From NCBI GenBank assembly GCA_023231475.1, contig JALJEE010001061.1, positions 1 through 64,000 of the forward strand: a stretch of DNA of 64,000 bases, written 5' to 3'. The DNA is from Seison nebaliae (taxonomy: Eukaryota). The notes beneath the pieces were generated by a model, which had not been told where the DNA came from, did no database searches, and saw only the letters and a list, made by a program, of their open reading frames with translations. The position numbers and the translations under genes were made by a program. Positions 47,440 to 59,493 of this stretch are shown piece by piece; position 1 is the first letter of the stretch, and each line of letters begins with the position of its first letter.

Positions 47440-50400
47440 TTATTTCATCAACTTTTGTCTATAAGCAAAATATTTAATTTGTAAATTGCCACATTTGGCT
47501 AGGGCGTCACGGAATGTTTTGTGATTCTCCAAATTATTTTCAATGACAATTTTCACAATTCTATCACCGTCATTCGAGTACATGAGTACGAGCAGAAGGA
47601 ATTGTTGTTGGAAATATTGGATATTCTTCTCCAAATCATCCATCTCATTCATATGTAAATTCCTCTCATAATAATTGAGAATTCTCCAAATAATTTTGTA
47701 ACTAAAATAAAAATTAGAATGAGAATCGAATGATAAAATTGAGTGAACTATTTGCAGATATGTTCGATCGTGTCATTATCGATCGTTCGATGTTTATTGA
47801 AGTGATATCGATAAATATGTTTCAATCGTTCACTACAATCAACATACTCCAAATCTTCGTTATTTAAGATGATTCCCAATAGATATTTGTTCAATGAAAA
47901 TTGAATGAAAAGAATCGAATTCCATTTATCTTCTTTTCTAATGTCGTTCATCTTCGATTGATTTAATTGTTCCACTAAACGTTTCCAATCTACATTCTGC
48001 ATGATTCGAGGAAAAATTTGGAAAATATTCAGAATTTGTTCATGTGCTTGTTTAATATTAGATATCGAATTCATCAATAATAAATAATCTTCCGATATCT
48101 CGTAAAATGTTGTTATTGTTGAAATGAGTTGATAGAAGTGACAAGAATATCGATGGAAATCTTCCATTTCGGTTGGTGGTCGAATGATTGAAATGATCAA
48201 ATTATTTCCATTCATATAAATTTTCTCTTCTATATTTATCCGTTCTTTCTCTTTATTCTTCCATTGTTTATAACTGTTCATATCTCGAATCATTTCGTCC
48301 AATAAATGAGTTTGAACGCGAATAATTCTCATATAAACCGAACATAAATCCGTCAATTTCCGATCCTCCAACTATTGAAATTTGAAAAGTTTGAAAAACT
48401 TAAAAATTTTTTATTTATTATATTAACTTTAATAAATGTTTGAAATGACTTATCCATAATATTACTCAAACGTCCATTTGCATTCACCAATAGATCTGGA
48501 AGAGAAAATTTATTTATTATTATTTTATTAAAATTTACCGATTAGATTGTTAGTTTGGAAGAATTTGAAAATTGATTGAAAATCACAAAATTGTCGTTGA
48601 GATAATAAGGAATATTTATTGTAAATACTTCTTAAATTGCAATCGGTTTTATTGTTTACCGTTTCCTTTACCAATTTCAATAATTCCACATATTCGTTCT
48701 CGTTATCGAAAATGTATCTCACTTTCAATTCGATGGGGAGAATATAATTGAGATAACATTGTTTCATACTGTGAAGTGCTCCTTTGAAATATTGAATGGC
48801 CGTAAATTTTTCACGATTAAAATACTTCGCCGCTTTAGTGAGAATATAATCATATTCGTTGATGAGTTGATTTTTCGAATTTTCCACTTTATTCTCTTCG
48901 AACATCAACCAATATTCGATGTATTCCAAATAAATCGTTTTGATATGTTCGTCGTGTTTGGCAGACATGGTGAGAATGATGGATTGGAAAAGATCATATT
49001 TCCATAAAGTCGTAAAGATTTTATTCACCGTTTCACGATGATGAGATATCATTGAAATGATTTCCACGATATAAAACAAGAAATTAATATCGTGATTAAT
49101 TTTCCAATGTGAATGTGAGTCATATTCGATGGATGATAATGATAATTGTGCGGAGTAACTGGATCTCAACGTTTCTTTCTTTACGAATAAAGTTTCACGT
49201 TCAATTTTTAATTTTTTCGATTTTAACGAACTTAAAATGATGGAAAATCGATTGATATAATTGAAAAGAATACTGAGAACTAATTTCATTCCTCGAGTAC
49301 TTGACGCCAATTCATGAACAATGAGAACTAATTCTAATAATTTCAAAGAATAATTTAATTGTTGTTCCGTTTCTGGAAATTCGATGACTCTTGAAAATAA
49401 TTTATCTGCAAAACATTCATAATTTGAGAGTGATCGTAAATGTCGATTTTCCAATCGTTCCCGTATCGATAATTCATCGATATCTTCCTGACATTTATCG
49501 ATACAAATATATTCAGTTGATCGATCAACTGTATCACCATATTCCGATTCGAAAGTCGTTTCATATGACGATAAATTCGATCGAATTGGTAATGGAATAT
49601 TTGATTGATTTAATTGGAATTTTTTCTGATAGAATGACGCAATTTCTGTAGAGAGAATATAAGAATAACATTCATCATTAATTTCACTCACATTCTTCAT
49701 TTGTTGACTGATTGAAAAATAATTTTCTAATGATAATCGATTGACAATAAATGAACGTCCAGTACAATGACAGATTAATTGATAAACTGTCAAACGTCTC
49801 AATTCATACCATTGGAGTAGAGTGAGATCTTTAATCGTGCAAAAAGTGAGAAGTAAAATAAAATAATTTTTCATAATAAAATTATCATTTTCGATGAAAT
49901 GTTGAAGAATAAGTTTTATATCATAATAAGTGTTCTCCACCGAAATATCGATCATTTCTCTCAATTGTCCAATTAAATTCAATTGTTCTTTATCTAATAT
50001 CGGATCATATTGTTGTTCATCTTCCATCAAATCGATAATATCCAAAAGTCGATGAAGAAGGATAAAAATGAATAAATAATCAGGAATATATCCGATATTT
50101 GTTGTGAATTTAATCGCTTCATAAATCATATTACGATGTATCATTTCTTCAACAATTTTTCGAATATATCTCTCAATCTTATTCTGATATTCATCCTCTT
50201 TCACAAATTTAACGATTGTAATTTTGGAGCAATCGTTAACGATCTCCAAAAGATCTCCATTCACCACAAATTTGAAATTCGACGGAACTTTCTTCTCAAT
50301 CTGATCATTCCATTTCTCCAGAATATATGCCATGTATAATTGGAAGATATTCTCCTCTAAATTGTCGTTGCGAAAACAGATGTACGCGGACAACGTATAA

Positions 50401-53208
50401 ATAGCGTCGGTGGAATTTTCGATGATTTTATCGACGAATAAAATGAAATTGATAAATTCTTCTTTATATTCTCTCAATAAGTCTTTGGTAGATAATTCTT
50501 TGAGTTGGTTTACATTCCACATGAATTGATTCTCATTCTTCATCGAATTGGAATTAAATGATTTATAGAAGTTTTCGATCGTTTCGATCAATTGTTCAGC
50601 TCCGATGTGAAATTTCAAGACAATCTCCGTCGAATTATTCAAATAAAAACAATTCACTAAATACTCATCGAATTTATCGACATTATCATCGAATATTACT
50701 CTCGTCAACGATTCAGCGATGGCATATTGATTTTTAGAGCAGAAATAAATTTTCATCGATTCATTCAATAATAAATCGTCATGGACATTCTCTTTCATTT
50801 TCTCAATAATGTCCCACACTCGACATTTTTTCTTCGCACACAACAATTCTTTCGTTGCTAATTTCTTTATTTCTCTCAATAAATAATATGATTTTAATAA
50901 ATAATTCCTTTTCTCATTTTCATGAATGTTTTCGATTTCCTCAAAATTCTGTTTCATTGGATTCCAAAATAATCCATTTTCTGGCAACGTTAGCAAATAT
51001 TCGTTATAAGAAGAAAAAGTGAAATTATATTTCTTGTCATTCTTGCCCATTTTCTTCGTTAACACTTTCAATGGGAGGATTGTTATGAAATAGATAAATT
51101 GTGTGGAATCGGTCCAAGTGTAAATGAAATTTTCGAAAATTAATTTCGACAACATCTCCCCAATTTCCAAGAGCATTTGAAAGAGATTTTGATCGATCGA
51201 TTCGTCATTTCTCAAATGGAATTGATTTGTTAAATATTCTTCGAAAATAATTTCGGCAGTTGAATAATTTTTTAAAAATAAAAAATTATCATAAAATAAT
51301 ATCAATCTCAATAATTGTTTCAATTCGATTGATGCATATTCATTATTCAGAAAGAGTTGGAGGATTAATGTTAATGACGGTAATTTCCCTTCCAATATGA
51401 TACATTCGATCACCTGTTTCGTTGTAACACAAATCTGACGACGATGATTTAATGCGAATTTGAAATATTGTTCTTCGAATCGCTTATCGTAAAAGATGAT
51501 CGTATCCTTCGAATTTAAACTATAATTATTTAGATTAGGTAGAACAGTTTGATAATTTAATCGATGTGCTTTTTGATGTTCTTTCAATCTCATCAAATAA
51601 TGGAAAATATTTCCTTGAATATTTAAGAGAATTCGATATTGTTTCTCATCGAATGATGATCGATGAAAAATTTCCGTTTGGTCATGAATCCGTTTGATAA
51701 TTTGTTCAGCTGGAAGAATTTTTCCTAACGAGAAAATTCGAAATTAATTCACAGAAAAATAAATTTGAACTTTTTTGACTAATATTAAAATTTTTCTTAA
51801 AAAAATTATGTTCGAATTGATTATTCACATCGAATAATTTGACTTTCTTCGGTGTAATGTAAAATAAGAAGATCGACGGCTCATCAATCGACAAATCCAT
51901 CAAATCATTATGTGTGTCGTTACTATCCGATCGATATACATAAAGTGAACTATATATTGTTTTTTTCCTATGTTTTCTTCTTCTCTTATAATCGATCAAT
52001 TTCCCCTCCAAATTCTCAATCACTTTCAATGCTAATTGAATAGAATTCAAATAAATTTTCTTTTTTTCTATCGTAAACTTATTGAAATGTCTCGATTCCA
52101 CTTTCGATGCCACTTCATGGAATAATAATTCTAAATCACATTTAACCTAAAAATTAAATTGTCATTTGATAATTGTAGACAAATAAGAATAATCGATTAA
52201 CATCACTATATGGATATTGAATGAGTTGGATGAAAGTGTAGAAAATGATTTGGATCAATTGTAATTGAAAACGATAATTTAAATGTTGATTATCGTTATG
52301 TTTGAGAACAGAGATTGAGACACCGATCAAAATGTGTGATACTCGAAATATATTCAATTCGTGAAGTTTCCGACAGATTTGCAGGATACACAACCAGAAT
52401 TTGAAAACGTCGATTTTTTCTAGAAAATTTCTTAAATCATTCACATTCAAAAAAATGATATGAATATGATTCAAATAAGATCTAATGGAAAAGTGAATAT
52501 TTTATTTTTATTTCTAATAAAAACTTTCCGATACATTTCCCCAAAAATTCCGTTAACTTAATCACAGTTTCGTCTTCGCGGTTGATATGTTTGGGAATTA
52601 ATTCGGCTTCCGTCGAAAATAAATAAATGATAATTTCGATTAAATTTCCATTATCGAATTCTGAAAAATTATTCTCATCAATCTTTCCTGAGAGGAGGAA
52701 ATAGAAACCTGATGATAATTTCAATTTGTTGACGATCTTAAAGAAATGATGAAGACATTTGATTTGAGAAAGTAAATTATTCGATTCATATTTCATCTCA
52801 CACTTCACTTCCGATTTCTCCATTTCAAATCGTCTCAACAACAAAAGAAATATGAGAATCGAATACAATTTAATTTCGGATTCATCCTTTCCCGATAATC
52901 GGATAAATTGTCGGAATAATTGACTGCGAATTTGTCGCACAGATCTTTAACAGACGAAACAAGTAAATTTTGAAAAAAGTTATTAATTTCAACATTTTCT
53001 TACAAGAATCATGATAATAATTATCGAAGGCAATAAATGGATGTTTTCCATCGATAATTGTCGATAATAAAATTTTTAATTTCTCACAAATCTCATTCGT
53101 TTCCAAACACAGTCCAATATCAGATGATGGCATTCGGTTAGCTAAAAAGAAATTCTTTAAATTATTCCCTACAATTCACTAACAGTTAATTTCTATTTCA
53201 TTCTCCAT
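47440..53208 (-). CDS. SPG11: Highly divergent spatacsin-like protein, multi-exon
   Basis: IRKIVEEMIHRNMIYEAIKF..FIFILLHRL, LLELVLIVHELASSTRGMKLVL, IISMISHHRETVNKIFTTLWKYDLFQSI, VDWKRL and ALAKCGNLQIKY occur in the same order as recalled spatacsin C-terminal motifs. The 5' exons are less certain. Confidence 0.55.
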
Positions 53209-53629
53209 CAACACAACATTAATTTCTTTTTTTCGATTTATCTCCAATTAAATTAGCTGAAATATATTTATTAAAATTCAATTAGAATTCTTATTTACAA
53301 ATGACTCGTTTATTTACTTATGTTCATTTGTTTATTCCAAATGTATAAGAAATTAGAATAAAATTTATTAAACATTTTTTTAGAATGAAATTTTTGAAAA
53401 TTTTTTTTGGAATGAAATTTATTAGAATTTTTTAGAATGAAGTTTATTGGAATTATAGGATGGAATAAATAATTCGACCAAATAAAATGTGAAAATTATT
53501 CAAAAAAAAAAAGGGACAAAAGAAGAATTTAATTAGTAATTTTTGAATTTTTTTTATTTCGAGATTTCGTTTCTATTAGAAGTAATTTAGAATGTTAAAT
53601 TTAATTTTTATATTTCACATCTCTAAATT

Positions 53630-54094
53630 TCATTGAGTTGCAACTGGTTCGTCTTTCAAATTGAGTAAGAGAGATCGTAAACGAGAAGAATCCTTCTCAC
53701 TCTTACCCAATTTTGGATTGAACTCACAAAATTTAGCTACATCCTTCCAATCAATTCCTTCCGAATTTGATTTTTTATTGGATTTGATGAAATCTTGCTG
53801 TTCCATTAAGTTCATTTGATATTTCTTCTCAATTTGATCCTTTCGTTTCTCATACCATTCTTCGAGATCTTTTTCTGCTTGTTCCGACATCTCCTTAATT
53901 TTAATGGCTTCTTCGGCATCTTTCTTTTCTAATCGCTCCTTGAATTCACGACGCCATTGTTTCATTCGATCGGGCTCTTCACTATGCTCCTCTGGCATAC
54001 CGTCAATAGGAGAAGTCTCCGGAGCTAAATTTGGAAGTGGTGTAGAAGGTTTTGAGTCATTGGTGGAAGAAGACGGGCCAAACAGATCATCCAT
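53630..54094 (-). CDS. Clathrin light chain, intronless
   Basis: EEPDRMKQWRRE..LEKKDAEE..EQAEKDLEEWY..WKDVAKFCEFNPK..KDSSRLRSLLLNLK. Confidence 0.93.
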   Translation of the reverse strand: MDDLFGPSSSTNDSKPSTPLPNLAPETSPIDGMPEEHSEEPDRMKQWRREFKERLEKKDAEEAIKIKEMSEQAEKDLEEWYEKRKDQIEKKYQMNLMEQQDFIKSNKKSNSEGIDWKDVAKFCEFNPKLGKSEKDSSRLRSLLLNLKDEPVATQ

Positions 54095-54488
54095 TTTCTT
54101 CAATTAATCAGTAAATAAATGACAAATTCGAATACGTGAATAGTGTGAAGTCACGTTACTTTAATTTTTTCAATAAGCTTAAAATTTGAATTTTCCGATT
54201 TTTCAAAAAATTATTAAAATAAAAAAAATTAAATTTTTAGAAAGTATTTTTTAAAAATATAAACATAATTTCATCGAGAAGAAGCTAAATTTTTAAATTG
54301 GGAAATTTCTTTGATTTTAAATGGGTAAATCGAAATTGAAATTTGCGTTCAGTTATATCATTCTTATGGGAGATTGTTGTAAATCAACGTCTAATTTCTT
54401 GAATTTATTACCTCCAACATCCTGTTGATTTGAAAAGGAATTTAAAGAAATTAATTCGTCATAATTTTCTTTTATTATTCAAGAGAGA

Positions 54489-55265
54489 ATGGGTGCTGAA
54501 GTATCGATTAATTCTGCACATGAACTCGCCAATTCTCATTTTAAAAACAAGGAAATTATTTCAGAAAAATTGAAATCAATTCCAAATGTGTCAAATGACG
54601 AGATGGATGAATTGGATGGATGTCCGATGAAACTCTCCATTTTGGAGAAGAGAAAAAAAGAAAATATTAATCAATTGAATCAAATGCCAATGGATTTGAA
54701 ACAACAACCATCGAAAGATCAGCCATTTGCTTTACCAACTGAACGAGAAAAATCATCAATACCTCGAGCAGATAAAAATGAAAATTGGATCTATCCATCT
54801 CAGCAAATGTTCTGGAATGCGATGTTGAGGAAAGGATGGCAATGGAAATCAGAAGATATCTCTCCCAAAGATATGAATGATATCATTCTCATACACAACG
54901 TCAATAATGAGAAGGCTTGGATGGAAGTGCTGAAATGGGAAGTTCTCCATGTTCACAAAGAAAATCCGATAGAACCGAAATTGAAACGATTTGGTGGGAA
55001 AGCAACAAAATTTTCCCCTCGTGCTCGTCTCAGACATCTATTCGGTTATGAATTGCCTTTCGATCGACATGATTGGATTGTACAACGAGGTGATAAAGAA
55101 ATTCGTTATGTTATCGATTATTATGACGGTGGTGATGTTGATGAGAACCATCAATTTGCATTGATGGATGTACGTCCAGCGCTCGACTCGTTCGAAGCCT
55201 TTTCTGATCGTTTTAAAGTGATGTGGTGGAGATGGAAAGAAAATTTTACTTCCAAATTATTTTAA
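54489..55265 (+). CDS. HCCS: Holocytochrome c synthase (cytochrome c heme lyase), intronless
   Basis: [80 protein letters not shown]. One CP heme-regulatory motif. Confidence 0.97.
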   Translation: MGAEVSINSAHELANSHFKNKEIISEKLKSIPNVSNDEMDELDGCPMKLSILEKRKKENINQLNQMPMDLKQQPSKDQPFALPTEREKSSIPRADKNENWIYPSQQMFWNAMLRKGWQWKSEDISPKDMNDIILIHNVNNEKAWMEVLKWEVLHVHKENPIEPKLKRFGGKATKFSPRARLRHLFGYELPFDRHDWIVQRGDKEIRYVIDYYDGGDVDENHQFALMDVRPALDSFEAFSDRFKVMWWRWKENFTSKLF

Positions 55266-55548
55266 CCAAAAAAAAACAATTGTTATCCTTTCCATCAGAC
55301 AAATCAATTCGTTACTTTTTTATTCAAATTTTTTTGACATTTGAATTTTAGATAATTTCAATTTTATAATATTTTTATTTTTTTCAAATTTCCATAATTT
55401 CATTTTTCTGTTGAATAGTTTCGTTTTTGTTGAATGTCGTTTAAAATTGAAATTTAATCGATTTAATATTCGAATTTAATTAGTTGGACAATTTTCTTTT
55501 CTCTTATTAGACTTTTCTTTTATCATTTTTTTCACACAATCGTAAGAT

Positions 55549-57155
55549 ATGGGTTGCTGCATTGGCAGTTTAGTGAGCAGTGTTAGTGGACAATTGCTGA
55601 TTGATGTGAACTAACTTCTTTTCTAGTTGGCGTGTTGTTGTGGGACAGCAGCATGTAATTTATGTTGTGCCTGTTGTCCCTCCTCCAGGAGTTCAGTGAT
55701 GACTCGTCTCATGTATGGAACGATGATTTTTTTGGGAACTATCTTATCCTGCATCTTCTTATCACCAACCATAAAGAAACGATTATCAAATGTTTAATAT
55801 TTTATTTTTTGAAATTTGAAGAAATTTATTTGAATTTTTTTAGAATCCATATTTATGTGATGACGATTTGATCGGAGAGAAATGTTATAATTTAGTCGGA
55901 TATAGTGCTATCCATCGAGTGACGTTCGGTCTGGTCAGTGTGTTCTTCTTACTCGCTCTCATTATGATCGATGTGAGAAATTCGAAAGAATGGAGAGCTT
56001 ACCTGCAGAACGGTTTTTGGTTCTTCAAATATGCCGCATGGGTTGGAGTGATGGTTGGGGGATTCTTCATTCAAAGTGACATCTTTACTCAATTTATGCT
56101 CATTCTCGGATATATGGGAGCGTTCTTATTCGTCATTGTTCAATTAGTTATTATCATCGAACTAGCACATGTATGGAATGGGAAATGGATGGAAGAAGCT
56201 GAAAATAATAGAAATTATAAAGTCGGATTGATTTTCTTCACCGTCGTCTTCTTCGCTTCATTCATCGTTATCACAACATTATCTTATGTTTATTATACTA
56301 AAGTTATTAAATTTCTGATATTTAAAATTAAAAATTTCCTTCCAGACTGATGATTGTACTTTACATAAAATAATAATTTCCGTCAATTTAATTCTGTGTA
56401 TCATCATTACAATTGTGTCTATTCTTCCAAGCATTCAAGCAGTCAGTCCTAGAAGTGGAATATTCCAACCGATTCTCGTTTCCGTCTATGTCATGTATCT
56501 CACCTGGTCGGCACTAACGAGTAATCCACACCGAAATTGTAATCCAACAATCATGTCGATTTTGAAAGACGATCTCAATTCCACTCATTATAATTCGACA
56601 CATTTATATTCGAAAAATACTACAGGACAATTCAATCCTTATAGTCTCGTTGCAATTATTCTTTTATTCCTCTCACTTTTCAAGAGCATGTTAATATTCT
56701 CTTTTACTTAATTCATTTATAACGATTCTTCTAGATTTACTAGTTCCACATCTGACACAACTAACATGTTGATGAATCAAGAAAAAACTATTTTAGGTCT
56801 TTATTTCTTTCGCTAATTTAAATTTATATAATTTAAATTATTATAATTTCGTAGGACAAGAAACTGCACAGAAAGTTGCCGATGATGAAGAAGAACAAGT
56901 CTCTTACAATTACTCGTTCTTTCACTTACTTTGTCTTCTCGGATCGTTATATATGATGATGTCCTTAACCAATTGGAATAGGTTAAAGAAAAAAATTTTT
57001 TTTTTGAAAATTCCATAATTTTTCTCATTAGCACCAAACCTAATTCGATGGCACCGTTTTGGATCAAAGTCTCCAGTAGTTGGGTATGCATCCTTCTCTA
57101 CCTTTGGACAACAGTCAATAAGTTGATATGTGATCGTGATTTCGGAGACTTTTAA
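55549..57155 (+). CDS. SERINC: Serine incorporator (SERINC/TMS1) membrane protein, 7 exons
   Basis: MGCCIGSLVSS|LACCCGTAACNLCCACCPS, LVGYSAIHRVTFG, RAYLQNGFWFFK, PRSGIFQ, YLTWSALTSNP, VSYNYSFFH, SLYMMMSLTNW, WIKVSSSWVCILLYLWT, DRDF. Confidence 0.96.
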
Positions 57156-59462
57156 AATGACACTGAACATTAATTATATGAATTTTTAACAAAAGAAATT
57201 TTTTACAATCAGAAAATTCCATTCTCAAATTTTTCATCTCCGTTCAATATATCTTGATTCGTTTTTCGATCGATTCACATCGCCATTATTGAAATTTTAC
57301 CACACAAACGATATTCCATTTTCCATATATGAAGGAATTTTTCAAAACATATTTTTTTGTCTTCAAAACTGAATTTTTCTTTTTTTAAACTAACGTAAGT
57401 TTCATATTTTTCACAATTATTATAATCGAACTTTTATATTATGCACTACTGAATCTTCTCTAATTGTCTTGGGAGTTTTGGGAGATTGTTGGGAAAACAT
57501 TTGGAAAATATTTTCAATTATAATTTTCTTATTATTATTGTGAAGCAATTAAAGAAATAAGATAAAAAAAATTGTAAATTAATCATTTTCGACACGAATG
57601 ACGTATAATTATATAAATAGCCTTGCTCAATTACTTGTCATACTTCAATTATCACTTTAATTCAATAGTTTAATTTCTCTCCTTCATTTCTTTAATTGAA
57701 CTATTATTATTATTATTATTATTGTTGTTGTTGTTGTTGTTAGAAGGGAGGAGGAGGGGAGTTAAGAGAAAATATTTTAATTTGCGATGATATGTTCGAG
57801 TGACATTGTGAAAACATTAATGATCTCTACACCAAATCACGACCGAATGATCAATTGAAGGAAAAAGAAGAAGCGATCGCCATTGTTCTAATTAGAAATT
57901 GATAATTTCATATAAACCTTTCGCATGACTTCTTTAAAAACTATTTACTTCATCTATCCCAAATTGAATTATTTTTTATTCATATTTCGTCCAATTCTCT
58001 TTCTAACATTCTACTTTCTTTCTCAATTATGTAACGGTGAGAATGGTTGACGACAATTTGTACTTATTTCAATCTCCAATGAATTAATTTCGAAAACGCG
58101 AGAATGATAAGAGGAAAAATTGGAAAGAAAAAATATTCATTTTTTTTCAAAATTAAAAAAATTGAAATTTTCAAAATATTTCCTAAAAATTTGAATTGTG
58201 AAAAATTAATTTTACCAATTTGAAAATTGCAAGCGTTGTCATCTTCTGTCTTTGTGAGAAGTGTGATTGGAAAGCAGAATTCTCGTTCACTACAGATAAG
58301 ATTTGAAATATGAAATATATATTCTTCGACTTTTTATAAGCTTAAAATTCAAATTAGAAGAATATTCGAATTAGAGCCTATATAATTCTTTTATTTTCTT
58401 TATAATGCACGTAAAAGAACATGATAACAATAAATATTAACAGACTGTTCACTCGATGCGAAATACTAGATCTCGATCTAGTGGGTTTTTTCTTAAGAAA
58501 ATCTTTATTCAAATTAATTTCGGTTTAATTTGTACGAATTCCTTGAATTGGATGTTACAATTTCCAACGTTCTTAATTGATGATTAAAAAAAGGGAATAA
58601 ATTTTGAATTTGATCGAATTAGTGAAATTTTTAATTGCTCCATTCATTTCAGTTGGAGATAAATTTGACAGTTAAAAATAGTTTAATATTTTTCAATTTC
58701 TTCTAATTTAAGATTTAATCGATTAATTGATTAGGATCGATAATATAATCGATATTGATAAATAATTCTTTTTTTCTTTGAATAATAATATTTCCTTCAT
58801 TTCATCTAATGGAAAAGATACAAATTACTCATTATCTTCTTTTTTTCCGCGTTCGTGTTTATTTGATTCATCTAATTTTTTTTGTTGTTCGACGGATGTA
58901 TGAAAATATATGTCTAATCTACTTCTTCTTTTTTGCTAATTCAACAATGAATTTTGTTTTTGTGTATGTTCGATGACGATAAGATATATAATGTAATGAA
59001 ATATGTTCGCGCAAAAAGAAGAAAATTAGTTTGTCGATGATCGAATTATTTATTTCTCTTTTAAGAAAATTCGATATCTTCCGTCTAACAATGACAATTG
59101 GAATTTAACGGGGAGGAGGAGAGGACAGTGTGGGGGATTGAAGAGGGTAGAATTTCACAGTTGTTTCTTTCAGATGTGTGGGTGAACAAGAAATTAATAA
59201 TCGCTTTCATCCATTTTATTTTCTTCATGTATTTCGATCATTCGTTGCTCTCCTACAGCATTACTCCCGTCTGTTTTATATGCTGGTATTGTATGTATAA
59301 ATGTAAATTATTTGAATGATAATGGTAATATATTCGATAATTCTTCATTTTTCTCTTTCACTCTTATGATGGTGGTGGTGGCGGCAATAATGGCGGTGAG
59401 AAAAAGATGATGATTTATTATTTTAAAGAAATGGATATGTATGTACAAGGAATTGAGTGCAA

Positions 59463-59463
<1 letters not shown>

Positions 59464-59493
<30 letters not shown>
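59464..59493. repeat. (ATG)n microsatellite
   Basis: atgatgatgatgatgatgatgatgatgatg read directly. Confidence 0.9.

Noticed and set aside
58465..58492. Palindrome ACTAGATC-TC-GATCTAGT followed by a T-run, resembling a terminator
   Set aside because: Eukaryotic context, 2-nt loop and no associated RNA gene; likely chance.
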